A stretch of DNA of 64,000 nt, from assembly GCA_010093705.1 (NCBI GenBank), contig MU006108.1, forward strand, positions 1-64,000, in the 5' to 3' direction. The notes under the pieces are model-generated. The model worked only from the letters and a program-made list of their open reading frames with translations. It had not been told where the DNA came from and did no database searches. How positions within the stretch are numbered: the first letter of the stretch is position 1; every line of letters starts with the position of its first letter. A program made the position numbers and the translations under genes. Of this stretch, positions 47,804 to 60,708 are shown piece by piece. This DNA is from Patellaria atrata CBS 101060. Its lineage: Eukaryota.

Positions 47804-49430
47804 ATGGTCAACTCCTCCAGACCATCGCTGCGATCCAGTGCACGTATCAACAACGATACGTTCAAACCTTCCGCGACCGAGAATGTGACAGGTGCACAAC
47901 ATAGCTCCTCTGCCATCTCAACGCGAAATAAACGCGTCCGCGAGAGCAATGCTACCCTTCCTGCCATACCAGAGCCTTTGCCTAACATTAAGAGGTTGAA
48001 ACTGGCTGACAATGCACCCAAGTCAACGCGAAGTAGTACCAGGCCAGCGGCGAATAATGCAACAACCATATTCAACGACTCCTTGGTCGGATCTCACCTA
48101 AAACCCCCAACCAAGATTATCCTCACACAGCCTCATGGGAGACTGCTCTCTGCGACCAATGGTGTATCAACCGCATTACCTCTCTCTCTCGATGATGTCG
48201 CTTCGCAAGTTTCCACACTGAGATCCAAAGATCCAATAGGGATCAACAACAGTAATAAGGATAGCAATGGCTCTATAGCAGGACCTTCGAAGCTTGATAA
48301 ACGCACATTACGGTCGCATGATGGAGGATCGAGATCTAAGAGTGAACTAGCCATATATTTCCCAAATTATGAGGATATCATTAACGATGTCCCGCGACCG
48401 ACAGGTATGCCACAAGGCCATCTCATGCAGTTATAGCAGTACATACTTACAGCTACTCTCAGACACAATAGGGACGGACACCCTCATATGCCTTGTGGAC
48501 GAGGTTGTGAAAAGTCCTAAGGATTCCTCCCCCCTAAACCTGAAATCTATCCTTCTGTCGGCCGGCACGTTTCCCCATCAAGGCCCGAAAGACGGCCCTT
48601 CTACTGCGCATGTTAGATTCGAAAGGATTGACTTACCGTCATACCATCAATATAATCACCCTCCCGAATTTGACCCACTTTCAGAGGGTGTGTTCTTCAA
48701 ACCCCATCGCCGTGCGGAGCGAAAGGAGAAGCAGCTGCGCAATATCGAGAAAGAGCGTGCGATGCATGAAAAGGTCCAACTTGAACGCCTCCTCGATGGC
48801 CTTCTGGGTCATGATTGGCTACGCGTAATGGGCGTGACTGGTATAACTGACGGAGAGAAGAAAGATTTCGAGTGGAAACGGCAATACTTTATCCGGGAAG
48901 TACGAGCACTCGTGGACAAGTTTCGTGAGTGGAAGGAGGAAGAAAAACGAATCAGAATGGGTAAAGGCACAGTACCCTCTGCGAAGGATGAAGGAGACGA
49001 TGAAGAAGGAAACGAAGACGAACACACCCAGGACGATATGACTGAACCTCCCCCTTCAAGTGATGTCGATGCGTGGGCAGCAAGACAGCTTCAGCAAGAG
49101 GCATCACGCTCAACAAGTTCGGCGTCTGTTCCACCAAATCAATCCCGCCGAGGTCAGCGTATGCCTGCTCACCTTCTTCCCCCTCCGACGCCCGAACCGG
49201 ATACACCATTCACGTCCTTTTTTTCCAAACCATATATTCGAGCAGCTGCTCTTGGCAAGCATAGATATGGGTCACGAACCGTTTTGGCGTTTGGTTTACC
49301 AGTTCCAGATTTTGAGGAACGATTATTTCAGTTACCACCTGATTACACAACCCCCGAAGAGCTGAGAGCTAGTGCAAGGAGGCGGAGAATTCTTAGAAGA
49401 GAAAGGATGAGCATGACAAGTTCAAAGTAG
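47804..49430 (+). CDS. SAS4: SAS acetyltransferase complex subunit Sas4-domain protein (exons 47804-48404, 48463-49430)
   Basis: RTLRSHDGGSRSKSELA; DPLS...HRRAERKEKQLRNIEKERAMHEKVQLERLL..L.G.DWLRVMG; FTSFF; LAFGLPVP. Confidence 0.8.
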
Positions 49431-50014
49431 CCTGTTTCACTTCGTAAATGGGATAAGGAGTTTTGGATATTGTGCCAAAGTGCGAACGGCAACGGTTTGA
49501 AATGGGTGTGGCATGGTTCATGGGCATTTTAGGTGTTTAGGCGCTTCCGTACGTGTTATTGTATGTTTGCGCCGGAGGCCTTCAGAAGAACATTTCGGTG
49601 ATGTGTGCAGTACTGTCGGGTACCTTTCTCTAAACGAAGCTCGAACAGGTGGTCGATGAGCTGAGATATCCTCTTTTCCCTTGTAAATACTTCCCCTGAG
49701 GGACTGAAACTGAAAAGTGAACGTATTAATCGTAGCCTCGTGCTTTTTTTCTTTTCCCCTGAAATAGATACCTTATGCCGTGAGACTGAAAGGACGCCAA
49801 GACAGTAGTTGACCTTCACGTGTAGATTCGGAGTAAAGGTACTCGTCCTATACCACAATTTCACACCAGCTTCCTCCAGAACTCCAACAGATCCTACTGT
49901 TCAATAATGCGCAAAATAACTGGGTACGTAAGCGTTCATTTCTAAGTACGTCGAGTACTAAAGCCGAACAGATGAACGTAAAAAATTTCGCACATTCCAC
50001 TACCATTCGGCGCA

Positions 50015-52324
50015 ATGCCACGATCTCTTACCCCTAGATGCGTTCATTCAATATCACATGGGAAAATACACAACAGACTTGATGGAAGCTCCAAATCAGA
50101 ACTTTCAACATCGTTAGCGTCATTTCTCAAGTGTCATGATAACCCCTCGGGCGAACAGTGCAATAGGATACCTTTGTGCAATCTACCATGGGCGAGAGGA
50201 TGGAACTCAATCACCTATCAGTCCAAGCGAGCACCCGCCGAGCTTAAACAGAGCAGAAGATCTTTCCTCCATACAATCGCATGCAACCATAGCTTAGGAG
50301 AGTTAGAAATAAGGGTTCCCGGGCAGAATTCTCTCTCTCTGAGAAATGTTAATGCCCAACTACGAGCGGCACGTGTCAATGAGGAGGACTTCAACCGCAG
50401 GAACAAGTCCGCATTATGGCTGTGGTATACGCGAGCGAAATTAACTGTTCCCGGGTTTCTTTTTGCAATACCGGAGCGGACGTGGGAACTCCTTTACAAG
50501 ATAACAGCTTCAAACATACCTCATGACTGTGCACAGAGACAAGTCCTAAAGGTTTTACACGAAGATATGAGGTCTATTGGCCGAGATGCTCGAGTTTTCT
50601 CTCCCCTTGCCTCGATCGAGGCCCTTTTCCGTTCCGGTCAGCAACACGCTGCACTATTACAATGGCGACAGAGCAGAGAGAACTTTGCAGACCTTCAGCC
50701 TGAGTATCTGCTGAGCGGTATTGGCATGCATGCAGTTAATGGAGATATACCTTTCGCCAATAAGCTACTCCGTCAACTCCTTACGCAATATCGATATTCG
50801 GCTCCAGCCTTCCGTCTCGCTGTGCTCGAGGCTCCTTGGGGCTACTTGCTAGATTCTAAAGAAATCTCAAAAGTATACGGAATTCTTAAGCAAGAGATAG
50901 GCGTCAACGCTATGAGTACATCATTCTCGCGAATATTCAATACCTTCTTAAATTGCAAAGACAAAGATCTAGCAGTGTCCTTCGTTAGCGACATCTGTCA
51001 ACTTACACGTTCTATTCCACCGGAAGTCAATGTTGCAATAACAAAGATTCAATCCTCGATGACGACTGCTGAGGAAATTGATGCGCTGTCTCTCTCCGCC
51101 CTAACTTTCCTCCCACAAAGTTGCCAAGACAAATACTTTTACGGTACATGGATCAAAAAGCTGGTCGACCTCAACGACCTTGACCGTGCGGCCGAAGTTG
51201 TAGAGCTGATGTATGAGAAGGGCCAAAGGCCAACCGCTGCACACATCAATGCTCTGATTAACGCTTGGCTACTCAGGGGTTCTAAGGTGGAACGAGAAAT
51301 GGCCGAGAGAATGGCTCTTGCGATGATTGATCGTAGAGTAGCAATAGCTACCCGGCAAAAGGGTGAGTTCCTCAAACGCGACGTCGGAATCCGTGATACC
51401 ACGACGATGAATGATGGACGGTTTTACTCCGAGCGAATCCTACCATCGGCACCGATTGCCACATTTACTATTCTCGTCAAGTATTATTTAAAAGAGCAAA
51501 TGTACCATAAGGTTCAATATGTCAAACGAAAGCTCTATCAAGCAAATATGCAGAAGGACGCTGTTTTCACGAACCATCTTATGCACGCAGAACTACAGAC
51601 CAAACGCTTGAGGCGAGTCTGGAGCCTTTATAAAGTCCTAAAGCAATCATCCCAGTCCCCAAACATGGTAACCTACGAGAGACTATGGTATGGACTCAGA
51701 GAGCATGTGCGGAATCCCAAGCACAGTTACATTCGCGGATATCCTCCGGCACGTAAATTGTTCGCGGAGATGATTCAGTATGCTCAGAAATCCCGTCGCA
51801 CTGGAGAAGAGTTCCGTACTATGATACAGAAAGTCCACAAGGAATATGATCTGTATCATATGATCGTCAAATGCTTTTGTCGAACGAACGATCTTCCTGG
51901 ACTATTAGTCGCGTTCCACACCTTGCACGTAAAATGGAACATTCCGCTCCACGAGAACACCCCCTTAGTGTTGGCAACTCAAGTAGCAGCAATCGGTCTT
52001 CCGAACAGAACTGCACGTCTTCGGTGGCTATCTCGCACCTCCGGGCTCTATGAAAACCAGCTTCACATGACACAGATGGCGATGCAGCTTATTTACCTTG
52101 CAAGGCAGGACAAGATGAAAGCTAAAGGGTGCCAACTTGAGAATATGGACCCCAAACAGCATGCTGATATGAAGCTACATGTGATATCAGAGTTTCTTCG
52201 CATTGTTATGGTGCTCAAGAGTGATCCTGCCGAGGTAGAGGAGTCTATCGAGGGGGCGAAGAAAGAGATGGCTGTGACCGGGCTCGGGTCTACCGGTGAT
52301 GTTGACAGTTTCCAAGTTGCGTAA
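50015..52324 (+). CDS. Pentatricopeptide-repeat-like helical protein, probably mitochondrial (769 aa)
   Basis: Long single-exon ORF; Arg/Ser-rich N-terminus; PPR-like units FYGTWIKKL...AAEVVELMYEKGQRP..HINALINAWL, TFTILVKYY, NHLMHA, PNMVTYERLW, LYHMIVKCF. Confidence 0.7.
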   Translation: MPRSLTPRCVHSISHGKIHNRLDGSSKSELSTSLASFLKCHDNPSGEQCNRIPLCNLPWARGWNSITYQSKRAPAELKQSRRSFLHTIACNHSLGELEIRVPGQNSLSLRNVNAQLRAARVNEEDFNRRNKSALWLWYTRAKLTVPGFLFAIPERTWELLYKITASNIPHDCAQRQVLKVLHEDMRSIGRDARVFSPLASIEALFRSGQQHAALLQWRQSRENFADLQPEYLLSGIGMHAVNGDIPFANKLLRQLLTQYRYSAPAFRLAVLEAPWGYLLDSKEISKVYGILKQEIGVNAMSTSFSRIFNTFLNCKDKDLAVSFVSDICQLTRSIPPEVNVAITKIQSSMTTAEEIDALSLSALTFLPQSCQDKYFYGTWIKKLVDLNDLDRAAEVVELMYEKGQRPTAAHINALINAWLLRGSKVEREMAERMALAMIDRRVAIATRQKGEFLKRDVGIRDTTTMNDGRFYSERILPSAPIATFTILVKYYLKEQMYHKVQYVKRKLYQANMQKDAVFTNHLMHAELQTKRLRRVWSLYKVLKQSSQSPNMVTYERLWYGLREHVRNPKHSYIRGYPPARKLFAEMIQYAQKSRRTGEEFRTMIQKVHKEYDLYHMIVKCFCRTNDLPGLLVAFHTLHVKWNIPLHENTPLVLATQVAAIGLPNRTARLRWLSRTSGLYENQLHMTQMAMQLIYLARQDKMKAKGCQLENMDPKQHADMKLHVISEFLRIVMVLKSDPAEVEESIEGAKKEMAVTGLGSTGDVDSFQVA

Positions 52325-52388
52325 ACATTTAATCTTCGCTCCATATATGTACACTTCTAGACAGCGTTGTGGCATGAAGATAGCCTTT

Positions 52389-54867
52389 TCAAGCATTCCC
52401 AAACTTCCTCTCCTCCACCGATGCGCCGACAACAGTATCTCCTGTGATAATGCCCGTTGTTGCAATTAAAATCCTCTTACCTTTACCTTCTTCTGCCAGC
52501 TTTCGACTCACAAATCGCAAAGCTGCGATCTCTGCCCTGCACACTCCGCCTAAAAAGAACACTATCACCGTCTTCTCGCTGTTAGCTCCGCTGCCGTTTA
52601 GAATATGACGCGCCCGCACCGCCTTATCTTCGCCAGTCTGCGCTTCGTCGAATGTAGCGCCGCGAACATTCTTCACGGCATCCTCGAACCCGCGCCAGCC
52701 TTGTCCCGAGGGGGCTGCGGCAGTTGCAGAAGCCTGTCTGTTTCCGTGGCCCTGGCCACCCGTCGAGCGCAACTGCGTCAGGAACTGTTTCTGTATTATG
52801 CACTGGACCAGGCGGACGCTCAGCGGTGCGTAACCACTGAAAACGTATGCAATGTCGTTCGGATCCGCCTCGTTGACTTCGTCAGCAAAGAGATGCAGCG
52901 ACCGACGTACGGCAGCATAGTTGGTGCCGTGAGTGGCGTGACGTGCGCCTGCGGCGGGGATACCGAGTGCGCTGCTGGAACGTGGGGTGAGAAGGCCAGA
53001 TTTTTCGAGCGCTGATAATGTCAACAAGTGCTGGTGGCCGTAAGCATGTAGAACTGCGGTACGGAAGAGGTCGAGGTCTTTTGCTCGTAAGCCCGAACCG
53101 AAACTCGATGCGAGGCAGAGCAACCGTAGGATGGTGGCAAGTGGCACCGCGCGATTGATGAGTTCGTCGATAGCATCGTTTTGAGTCGCTGGGTCAGCAC
53201 CAGCCGCGAAGTTCTGCTGGACTTCCAGGACGCGAGAGAAGATGTCGGTGCGGGTATGCTTCATAATCTCCTCTGTGAGAGAGGTGTGGATATTCAGAGA
53301 TGCTTGCTCAGCTTGCAACCCGGGCAGGTTATTGACAAATTCCCGGAGCTCAGATGTCGTTTTGGCAGTGTTGCGTGATTCATAGGAAATTTGGAGGCGT
53401 CGAGCCACCTTGTTCAGAAGAGAGCCAACAATTGCAAAGTTGGAGTCGCGCAGGGTTTGGTATAGAGTGTCTTTATCATCAAGAGGAATTTTGCGTTTGA
53501 GAGTTTGAGGTTGAGCCGTGGGTGCTGGAGACTGGGTAGATGATGAGTTGTGGGAACCAGGGGTAGGTTGCGGAGTGTTAACGGCACCAATAACTGATGA
53601 GTCTACTTCCGTAGCATTAGAGTTGATGTTGAAGACCTCGTCTATCAATCCTTCATACGTTAACTGAGTCATAAGCACGGTTGGAAAATCAATCTCCCTA
53701 TCAATAAGGATGAGACTTTCCAGGGTAGTGCTCGGGGTTAGGCCAAGGACAGATGTGCTTCCAGAGCCAGAGTCTTCGCTCGCAGTCACTTCAGAACGCA
53801 TACGTAGAAGTAGGTCACACAATCGTTTCGCATTGTCCCCTTTCCCAATGATGCGGGGAAATAGTCCGTGCCGCTGTTGTAGAAGCATAAGCGCTTTTGC
53901 AGCAAGGAATATAGAGGTTGGATCTTTCCGCTACGAAAAATGAGCCAAACTACTTGATTGTGGGATGTTACGGAATTCTTTTCGAAGACATACGAGATAT
54001 AAATCACCGAACGCCTCATCTAGCTCTAATGAGAGAAGGTCATCCGCTACTGGGATGAAATGCAATGCATATTCGCTCACGCTCGCTTCCCCCAAGACGC
54101 CTGTGTCTTCGAGAATCTGGTCTGATACCAGGGTCCGCCGGGGCACCCAAATGATGGAAAACTCATGGTCAGTAGACGAAGAGCGGCGGAGGCGCTTGAT
54201 TTGTTCTGAAAGTGGTCACATATGTTAGCATTGTTGAGAGCAATCAGCATTGAGAGTAACCGTGAGACTGCCAATGATGTACTAATGGATACAGTTATTT
54301 CATCTAGGGGTCGAGACTTGACTATTTAGAGTGAGATACCTACTACAGAGTCTACTTTTAGATCCCGGGGTTAAGTTAAACTTAATTCACTCCGATAGGA
54401 CATCAAATTAAGAAAAGGGAGCGTTAGGAGATGTGAACGAAGATTGATTGTGTATGGGAAGCCAGGAAAGAAACTGTTTCACATTACAGTTGAGAGTTTA
54501 GCAAGATGTTGATTGAAATCATGTTCCTGACCTGCTACAGAAATGACCTGCTTTGCTTGCTCCGCTCTCGCTAGGAAGATAATATTCTTTTGGGAGGCGT
54601 CGACATTGTCATTCTCCAGGAAGAATACTCGGTCCACGCCATATTCTTGAAGTGTGGAAAACTTGACGAAAAGTCCGACGGGACCAGCAAGTGATCTTTC
54701 AATCACCAGGTTTTTCTTTCCTCTAATCTATAAAAGGTGTTTTAGCTATCTTGAATGTTGTGAAATGGAATAAGAGTTGCCTTACTTACGCCTTCTAGCA
54801 GTTGCAACAGGTCCCTTCGCGCTTTATCTGATATCTCAGCTGTATCGAGAAGAGCGTGAGGAGCCAT
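52389..54867 (-). CDS. VPS33: Sec1/Munc18-family vacuolar sorting protein Vps33 (multi-exon)
   Basis: LLQLLEG.RGKKNLVI, STLQEYGV, WVPRRTLV, DDLLSLEL, IGKGDNA, LIDREIDF.T.LMTQLTYEGLIDE, LRDSNF, YVFSGYAPLSVRL, FFLGG..RAEIAALRF. Confidence 0.95.
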
Positions 54868-57800
54868 TGTAGCCTTGACTACATACCTATAATTTTTACT
54901 ATGCCCAGTCGCAGTATTATATGGCACGAGAAAAAAGAGGACTTCCGAGATGTTGTGTTCCTCTGTCTGATATACTGTACTCAGCCGCGTAGGTGGACCG
55001 CAAGGCCTTCCGTAGAACTAGAGAACATCGATTCCTCGTTACCCTTTCGTGCGTTTCAAAACCAAATTTGAAAATAAAATGGTCCTCATTACCCACGCTC
55101 CTCTATCTCACCAGTCTTCAAGCCAATTTCAACCTTAAACTGCCGCTTAGAACTGTTACAGGTATTGTCTTGTGTGCAGTACTCCTCCCTCCGTCTGATT
55201 GAGCTTGCCAACGGAATATCTGCTCATATCAAGTTTTCAAAACTCATAGTAAAGAACACATGAGATCAGAACCTGGAATACCTTATGGATGCAGAATATC
55301 TAGATTGGGGCATAATAACTTAATACAAAGCAGCATCGCACGCCCGAGTGCGTGGTTATCGAAGGGGTTAAAATACTATGATTAGTCATAAATATAACGG
55401 TTCATAGAAACGTTATATTCATGAAATGAGACCGCAGTGCCTCAAAGTAACTGGAACCTCAATCCATCCTCTTCCCAACGTCCTCAACAACATCCCATTT
55501 GCATCTACAACAAATGGACTGGTGTTATGAATTTGGACGAATATTATCATCTTGGTTCTAACGCTTTACTTGTCTCGTTCAACAGTATAACCGCTTGATA
55601 AGTTCAGCAACAGCCCGAACCACACCGCCATCCCCCAGTCGTCAAACAAGCAATGCGATCAAATCAACCTATCCATATATATGATATCCTTAGCAGAATG
55701 GGGAGAGCTCGCATACGCATATATGTTGGCACTGTTGCGGTACTGAAGGGAAGATCATAGCGGTGGAGCAGCATATAGAGTCCAACCAGAGAGGGACCAT
55801 GCAAGTAGATAAGAGTGATTTTCTGATCTCCGGACAATAAGCGTGAATGAGCTGAATTGTTTCAAATATCCCAAGCTATACTGACGGGATATCAGATCTA
55901 TAACTGATAGGAGTTACCTATTCTTTTGACTCCTAACGTATCACGAATAAGTAGTGTTGAACATCACAACACGGGGCACTATATCATATGGTATAGTTGA
56001 CGTCTAGTATAACCCTCGGTCGTATATTTCAGCACCTTTATATCGCGTCAAAGTTTTTTACCCGGCATACACCGTAAGATATGTTTCAAAACATATATAG
56101 TGTAACTTCTCCGAGGGACGCCGCAAAATAGGATCTCACTGGACAAGTTCCAAATCACACATAAGCAAATCCGATAGATAGTATGGAGCAATCCGCTGGA
56201 ATCCTCTTTGCCCTCGGTTTCCAATGCTTATTCCACAAGCACCAAACATTCTACCGGTTACTGTTTTTCTAACTCCAACCTGGACGGGACCATGCCGTGA
56301 AACAATCATTCAGTTACATGACCATAACTCGAGCATGGAGGAAACCCCAAATTAGGGGCTCTCCCTAAATATTAGATATAAATCAACGTAAAATCGAAGA
56401 CTTGATGGAATTTAAATCCAATCTTACCTAGGAAGAAAGCTTGTTATGATTTTTCTCTTGACACAGCTAGTCAGGCGGAGCGCTCTATTTCTAGCTCCTG
56501 GCGTAAGGATATCGTTCCAATCAATCTCCCTCAGAAATCTTCTTCTCAAGCTGTATGAATAAAGCTATCTATATGTTCGGAGATCTTCTCAAGTCCCTCT
56601 CCTTTCTCCTCAATGTCATAATATGCACAGATTACCTGATAATTATTCCTCTCCTTTAGATCTTTTTCAGTAGATCCACCATTTAGACATTTTGTTAAAT
56701 ATTTGTAAATCTACTTTGGGTTTGGGGCGCCTCAGCCATACGGTCAAACTGCAGGATACCTATTCAAAGATCATGAGCACGTATAAAAGACCCAATCCAG
56801 GTGGGAGAGCCTCAAGAGCGAGGCATCGTCTTAGAGAATCCGTTCAGGGTGGACGTTAGCACAGAAAGGTACTACCGAATGCACATTTCGACCAACTCGA
56901 CTAATCGAATGCTAGGTACGACCGAAAGCTGCAGATGCACGTATATACCGTGTAACTACTGCTAGTACAGTGGCTCCAAACAGAGATTAAGCGTATCCAA
57001 ATCAACCTTGATGATGAGCATCATCCATCCTTGGAAATCTTGCGGCCCGTAGTAATATACGCCGTTTCTGCTTCCCGTCGTGGACAAACGGGGCATTGAT
57101 CAAGAGCAAGGGAAGTTCGACAGGCTTGATGGGTACGTTGCCCCAGAATAGCGTCCAGGCCCCCGAGCTTGTGCTACTGTCGCGCAGTCTCTTGTAAATA
57201 CTTTTGCGCCCAGTGGGCATCGACAGCAGCGAATACATTACTTTCAGTCTGAGATGTTCATTGTCGACGCACAGGAAGAAGCTGAGAAGCTTTTGAAAGC
57301 ACCTTATCATTTTGCGACGTGGGTCCCATGCTTTACCGGCTTTGCTCTACACTTACAAGATTCACCATTTTACAGAAATTCCAGCTTGGGCATCGTGGGG
57401 GACAACTGGGCAAGAAAGCAAAGCAGGCAGGGCAGTCGGCATGCAAGAAAACGGTCGGGGCGGTTGATGCCATCGTGAGCCCAACCGAGCCCCGAGAGGC
57501 CCCAAATAAAATCCGTCAGTGCAATCTGGCGGGACAAGGGAAAAACCCACAAGCACCTCAAGCTCCACCCAAAACCCATCAACGTCGAACCAACAACAAC
57601 GTAAATTCGGCAAGAAAATCATTTCAGCTATATCGGAACGGTATCTTGAAACATCCATCCAGTTTGTTTTCTTTATTGAGCTTTTGTTATCGCGTGTTTG
57701 GCGCATCGTAGCACACGAGCAAAAGATCAAGTCACGTGTCCGCTCCTCTGAGCTTCCGGCTTAGTGTTGTATTTCTTCGCCGTCCTCTCTAATCCCTCCA

Positions 57801-58011
57801 ACATCTTCCACACACACCTTCCTCTCCACTTCCACTCATCAATTCCATCACTTCGCATCCACAACACCAACTCCATCCACCCATCCATCATCAAAGGCCT
57901 CGCGCCCTTTGTTTCCATCCATTTTTCGCGACTTTTTCACCCTTCTACGCGTGACACCGTCGACGTTGGTCTATCTCACAACCTCAAGAATCCTCATTCC
58001 ACCGCTACAAG

Positions 58012-60099
58012 ATGGCAGAGGACGCGTCAGTCAAGGTTCCGGTTACATCTGCCTCCGGTGACGACGCGACACCTGTTGTTGCTGAAGGTCAGTCAGAGAA
58101 CGTCGCTTCAGCCGACTACGCCGCCGAGACACCTGCAGTCGGCGAAGCGTCTGGTGATGGTAAGTCAAGATTCAGCACCCTTCATTCCCTATGCAGACCA
58201 GCTTACCAACACCGTCATTTTCAGCCACAGCTCCTCTCACTGACGCCGCCACCGCCGCGACCGAGAACACATCCGATGCAGCACCTAGATCCTCAGACGC
58301 CCAGCACACAGCAGGAGGAGAAGAAGAAGAAGAAGAAGAAGAAGGCACTACTACGACAAAAGATGTAGGACAAGGTATGTTCCAGCAAAGGCTCGCACTT
58401 TTCAGCTCAACGCACCTAACCCTCGTAGACAAGCAAGAGCTAGCAAATGAGGCACCTAATGGCACCGGTAACTCAAAGAAGGCTAAACGAAGGTCTTCTG
58501 GCATTCCGGAGCATAAGACCAAGAAACCCATTGGCAAAAAGAAGTCGATGCAGAATCTCAACATCGATGTCCAGCCTGGTGAATACTGGTTTGCCAAGAT
58601 GAAAGGTTATCCACAATGGCCCTGTGTCATCTGCGACGAAGAAATGCTTCCAGAAACCCTACTCAAGAACCGTCCAGTGAGCGCGAAACGTGTAGATGGT
58701 ACCTACCGGGAAGACTTCGACGTAGGTGGCAAGAACGTCCGTGATAGGAAATTTCCTGTCATGTTTCTCGGAACCAACGAGTTGTAAGTCTCTTCCTCCA
58801 AGTACCTGCTATTAGCGTTCTTTATATTATACTATAGAATCTAATCATTCAATAGTTATTGGATCAACAACACCGATCTCGTTCCCTTAGATGTAGACGA
58901 GGTCAAGCGTCAGGTCGAGAGCAACGAGCAAGGGAAGAAGTCGAGGGTCCTGTGGAAAGCATACCAAGTTGCCGCTGAGGAATCGACTCTCGATGATTTC
59001 AAGACGATGTTGCTCGATTTCGAGAAGGAGAGGCTTCAAGAAGAGGAGAGGAAAGCTGCGGAAGTAGCCGAGAAGGAGGCCAAGAAGGAAAAGGCCGCGA
59101 AACGTAAGAGCAAGGACGCCAAATCTGCTGATGACGACGTCGAGATGGCAGACGCAGATGAAGAGGTTGAGGCTCCGAAATCTTCCAAATCCAAGAAGCG
59201 AAAGGCTCCCGACGAGGAAGCAGATGGAGCGAAGGCAAGTGTTTAGAGCTCTTGTATCGTCATTTGTCACTAACCAATTAATAGCCCGCAAAGACACCAA
59301 AGAAACTCAACTTGAAGGTCGGCAAATCTGCAAATGAAGATTCTGCGGCGAAACCAAAGAAGGTGTCAAAGCTAAAGAAGGCAGCCAAAAATGCCAGTAG
59401 TGAGGATATAGAGACTAAGGCTGAACCCATCATCTCAGAAGCAGAGCAGCGCGAAAAGCGCAAGAAAGCAGGTATGTTCGACACAACCATATTCCCTTTC
59501 AGTAGTTAACTCGTCTAGTGCTCTATCTTCGTCACAAACTTCAAAAAGGCTTCCTTACCCGCGACCAGACCCCTAAGGAAGATGAGATGTCCGCTATGGC
59601 CGAGCACTTCAACTCTCTTGAGAAGTATCCCGACTTGGATGCCAGCATCATCCGCGAGACTAAGATCCACAAGGTTTTGAAGGGCATCATTAAACTAAAT
59701 TCCATTCCAAAGGATGAAGAGTTCAAGTTTAAGGAACGATCAACCACCCTACTCAATCATTGGAACAAAGTTCTCGCTGCTGATGGCGGCGATGCTCCTG
59801 CGGGAGAGTCTTCAATTGTGGTTCCCACGACCAACGGTGTTGACCATGGTGAGCCGAATGGAACGAAGTCTCCCAAATCTCCCGCCGAAGCAGCACCGGG
59901 AACGCTCAACGGTGCAATCAATGAGGCCGAAGCAAAGATCGAGGCGTCTGTCACTTTGGATGATAAGGCCAACGACGGTAACGATGAGAAGTCAACTGCG
60001 CCGGAAGTTGCCTCCGAGGCTGCAATTGAAACCAACCCTGACGTTACTTCGGCCGAAACAGCTGCAAAAGGTACTGAGGGTGACGTTGTTACAGCATAA
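58012..60099 (+). CDS. PWWP-domain chromatin protein with C-terminal helical (TFIIS-N/LEDGF-like) domain; Pdp3-like
   Basis: WFAKMKGYPQWPCVICDEEMLP...PVMFLGTNE; LYLRHKLQKGFL...IIRETKIHKVLKGIIKL..IPKDEEFKFKERS..LL..W; poly-Glu from a GAA repeat. Confidence 0.85.
58313..58343 (+). repeat. (GAA)n coding trinucleotide repeat encoding poly-Glu
   Basis: GGAGGAGAAGAAGAAGAAGAAGAAGAAGAA within a PWWP gene exon. Confidence 0.85.
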
Positions 60100-60708
60100 T
60101 TGCGATTCTCTATCCAGAGCGAGGTAATGTTGTCATTTAGTGCTCAACCATGTCATTTCTATCTGCGAGATTCATCCCTTAAGTACTTCTGACCTCTCAT
60201 TGCTGCGATTGTGATGTAACTGTTACCCATCCTGGATGTCTTGCTTCCGGAAATGGCGTGCTCTTTCAAGCTCAGACAAGCAAGTTCCGATAATTTTCCT
60301 ATTGTCGAGAAATCGGGTTTCATCTTGGTTATGGACGGTACATGGGTAAGGGGGGAGGTTTTTTGAGTATCTCTGCGTACATAAGTAATTCGCTGTTCAC
60401 TTACCAGGCTATGAGCTTGTCATCATTTCTCATTCAACAAGGGGAGGGAAGGGAATGGAATTCGAGGCTTTCACGGTTCAGGTAAAATGGGTCCCCAAAA
60501 TTTGAGATGCTTTGATCAATGGTGTATTTTAGTTTACAAGGGCGTCCGTAGGGAATAATCACTAGTTTCCATTACACGCGTTCTCCCTTCATTGCGTGTT
60601 CTGTGACCGTGGACGTACGAGTACTATACGCAACCGTTCTTCATTCATACGTCTTCCCGAAGATGATAGGTCTGGACGCTATCAGCTATTCAGTTCGATA
60701 CAATATTG

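Noticed and set aside
55337..55371. piggyBac-like end (…GAAGGGGTTAA)
   Set aside because: Only one short terminus with no partner TIR; could be chance
57002..57918. Overlapping short ORFs upstream of the PWWP gene
   Set aside because: No family motifs; consistent with promoter or UTR sequence
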